Assembly: GCA_903901425.1 (NCBI GenBank)
Contig: CAIURC010000078.1
Coordinates: forward strand, 29,828-93,827
Length of the DNA stretch: 64,000 nucleotides
Source: an uncultured Spartobacteria bacterium
Lineage (GTDB): Bacteria > Verrucomicrobiota > Verrucomicrobiia > Chthoniobacterales > Chthoniobacteraceae
Direction of reading: 5' to 3'
The position numbers and the translations under genes were made by a program. Positions 61,872 through 64,000 of the stretch are shown piece by piece; the first letter of the stretch is position 1; every line of letters starts with the position of its first letter. The notes beneath the pieces were generated by a model. That model was given only the letters and a program-made list of their open reading frames with translations. It did no database searches and had not been told where the DNA came from.

Positions 61872-64000
61872 ATGCCTACAAAAAAGAAGATTGTGATTCT
61901 TGGGACCGGAGTGGGTGCGATGAGCGCCGCTGCGTCTCTGACCAGCAAGCCCGGTTGGCAGGATGAATACGACATCACCGTGTACCAGATGGGCTGGCGG
62001 TGTGGAGGAAAGGGTGCCAGTGGCCGGAACCAGGCGGCAGGCAACCGGATCGAGGAGCACGGCCTCCACATCTGGATCGGTTTCTATCTCAATGCATTTG
62101 GACTGATGAAGGACGCATGTGATGCGCTCCGCGGTCTCGGTGTGCAACAGCCCTTTTGGCAGATGGAAAACCTTTTCCGGACGGAGGCGGTTGACGGATG
62201 TCAGTTCAACGCGGTCCAAGAGTGGGTGGACGGAAACTGGCGGAGCTGGGTCATCCGGTTTCCCGTGGACGAGTCTGCCCCGCCTTGGAAGGCGCGCGAA
62301 TTGACGCCAACGGTCCATGAGTTCATCCAGCGGATTCTCGCGTTTCTGAAAGCATATCTGAACGAGCATCCCGGTCTCGAGGCAATCAGCCAGGTGGTCT
62401 TCGGCGGTCCGCTCTGGAGTGGTCTTGAGCACATTGCCCACCGGATTTTCGGTGCCTTTACCGGCCCCGGAAGCAGCGCGGGACTATTCGGCGAATTCAC
62501 GGCGGCGCTCACGGCGCTGGTTGCGAGCCCACTCCGGCACGAAGACCTCGCCGCAGCCAAGTCAGGCGAGGAAAATTTACTTGGGAAAATGGACGCCTTG
62601 GCCGACTTGGTTCGGCCGGTCATGAAGGCCGCCGCGCACATCAGCGACGATGCGCGTCGCCTCTATATGGTGGTGGACTTGGGAATGGCGGTTGTGCGCG
62701 GTCTGGTGCACGACGAGGTCTTTCAGAAGGGATACGATTCCATCGACCACATCGAGTACCGCGCATGGCTCTCCAAGTGGGGGGCAGCCGAGGAATCAGT
62801 GAACTCTGCCCTTGTCCGCGCCTTGTACGACCTCGCTTTCGGGTTTGAAGACGGCTCGGTCAGTAAACCCAACATGGCAGCGGGTGTCGCCGTCCGGTCC
62901 ATGCTCAGAATCCTGCTCGACTTCAGGGGCGCTGTCTTTTGGAAGATGCAGGCGGGGATGGGTGACACGATTTTTGCCCCTTTGTACACGCTTCTGGAGA
63001 AGCGCGGTGTCCGGTTTAAATTCTTCCACCGGGTTGAGGAAGTCTGTCTCGGCAGCGATGGCCGGAGTGTGGGCAGGATCCGGATGAACATCCAGGCAAC
63101 GGTAAAGAACGGTGGCGCATACCAGCCGCTGTTCGATGCGCAGGGGACCGGGACTCCGTATCCGATCCCGAGCTGGCCCTCGGCGCCTTTCTACGACCAG
63201 TTGGAGGAAGGCGTGGCGCTTGAGGCGGGCAAGATCAACCTCGAATCGGCATGGACCGACTGGCCTGGCGTCGGCTCACTGGAGTTGGAGCAGGGCAGAG
63301 ATTTCGACCTTGTGGTGCTCGGGATCCCTGTGGGGGCGCTGGGGAAACTCACGCCCACGCTGTGCGAGGCTTCTGCCCCGTGGAAGGCGATGTGCACGGA
63401 GCTCAAGACCGTGCAGACCCAAGCCTGCCAGCTTTGGGTGAAGGATACCGTGCAAGAACTCGGATGGAACGATCCCGGAGTGGTTATGGACGCGTATGCC
63501 GAGAACCTCGACACGTGGGCGGACATGAGCCACCTGATTCCGCGGGAGTCTTGGCCGGAACGGTTGAGGCCAGGAAGCATCGCGTATTTCTGCGGGGTGC
63601 TGGAGGATTCTCCAACAAAGCCACCCGCTGTGCCAGATCCGGCGTATCCCAGAGCACAGGCCGAGCGGGTAAAGAACATGGCCGTCCAATGGATCACATC
63701 GAACACGGCGCATCTCTGGCCAAAAGCCGCAGTGCCGCTGAATCCAGCCGGGTTCGACTGGAACAAGCTGGTGGATCCTGCGGAACGAGAGGGTGTTGCC
63801 CGGTTTGATTCACAGTACTGGCGGGCAAATATCGATCCGACGGAGCGGTATGTGCTCTCGCTAACTGGGCAGACCCAGTACCGGCTCAGGGCCGACCGAT
63901 CGGGGTTTGAGAACCTGTTTCTTGCAGGGGACTGGACCTACACGGGGCTGAACGTGGGCTGTGTCGAAGCCGGGGTCATGTCGGGGATGCGTGCATCCAA
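61872..64000 (+). CDS. FAD/NAD(P)-dependent oxidoreductase (carotenoid desaturase/amine oxidase-like), 3'-truncated by window edge
   Basis: Not in the ORF track; MPTKKKIVILGTGVGA (Rossmann), GWRCGGKGASGR, RIEEHGLHIWIGFY; same frame at the window end reads NLFLAGDWT..GCVEAGVMSG. Confidence 0.88.
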   Translation, partial: MPTKKKIVILGTGVGAMSAAASLTSKPGWQDEYDITVYQMGWRCGGKGASGRNQAAGNRIEEHGLHIWIGFYLNAFGLMKDACDALRGLGVQQPFWQMENLFRTEAVDGCQFNAVQEWVDGNWRSWVIRFPVDESAPPWKARELTPTVHEFIQRILAFLKAYLNEHPGLEAISQVVFGGPLWSGLEHIAHRIFGAFTGPGSSAGLFGEFTAALTALVASPLRHEDLAAAKSGEENLLGKMDALADLVRPVMKAAAHISDDARRLYMVVDLGMAVVRGLVHDEVFQKGYDSIDHIEYRAWLSKWGAAEESVNSALVRALYDLAFGFEDGSVSKPNMAAGVAVRSMLRILLDFRGAVFWKMQAGMGDTIFAPLYTLLEKRGVRFKFFHRVEEVCLGSDGRSVGRIRMNIQATVKNGGAYQPLFDAQGTGTPYPIPSWPSAPFYDQLEEGVALEAGKINLESAWTDWPGVGSLELEQGRDFDLVVLGIPVGALGKLTPTLCEASAPWKAMCTELKTVQTQACQLWVKDTVQELGWNDPGVVMDAYAENLDTWADMSHLIPRESWPERLRPGSIAYFCGVLEDSPTKPPAVPDPAYPRAQAERVKNMAVQWITSNTAHLWPKAAVPLNPAGFDWNKLVDPAEREGVARFDSQYWRANIDPTERYVLSLTGQTQYRLRADRSGFENLFLAGDWTYTGLNVGCVEAGVMSGMRAS

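Noticed and set aside
1..64000. Prophage, integrase, transposase or rRNA
   Set aside because: No recognisable motifs found

Overview
GC-rich bacterial chromosomal window; gene content (DUF1592/DUF1552 pair, DWG-type kinase with WD40 repeats, GldAFG/DUF4340 ABC module, C-rich non-Shine-Dalgarno leaders) suggests Verrucomicrobiota/PVC, which is an inference. Left to right: the end of a surface-polysaccharide locus; a five-gene envelope operon (PEGA, CsgG-like, COG3014-like, YcfL-like, LpoB-like); a Gld-like ABC module; a Lon-N protein and an atypical pyruvate kinase; a minus-strand run (pabB-like, sppA, CPBP, thiL, tsaE, cytochrome c-sugar dehydrogenase, putative glycoside hydrolase); an ABC ATPase plus permease-CPBP fusion; Fic, PhzF, GT4, yebC, htpG; esterases; a DUF350-lipoprotein-GSP-synthase-like operon; an FHA-kinase-WD40 gene beside tRNA-Ser(GGA); class I fumarase; DUF1592/DUF1552; a NERD nuclease-helicase; an M48 protease; and a final operon in which a 1779-aa kinase/ATPase/GAF/class III cyclase is translationally coupled to an acetoacetate-decarboxylase-family gene, followed by a flavin oxidoreductase that runs off the window and is absent from the ORF track. 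That last operon is the best candidate for an undescribed system. Other leads are a candidate structured RNA at about 12.9-13.05 kb, an in-frame amber codon in the FHA domain, a G-quadruplex-like motif upstream of htpG and a decayed esterase relic. No CRISPR array, integrase, transposase or rRNA was seen. All family calls come from motif recognition by eye, not database searches.
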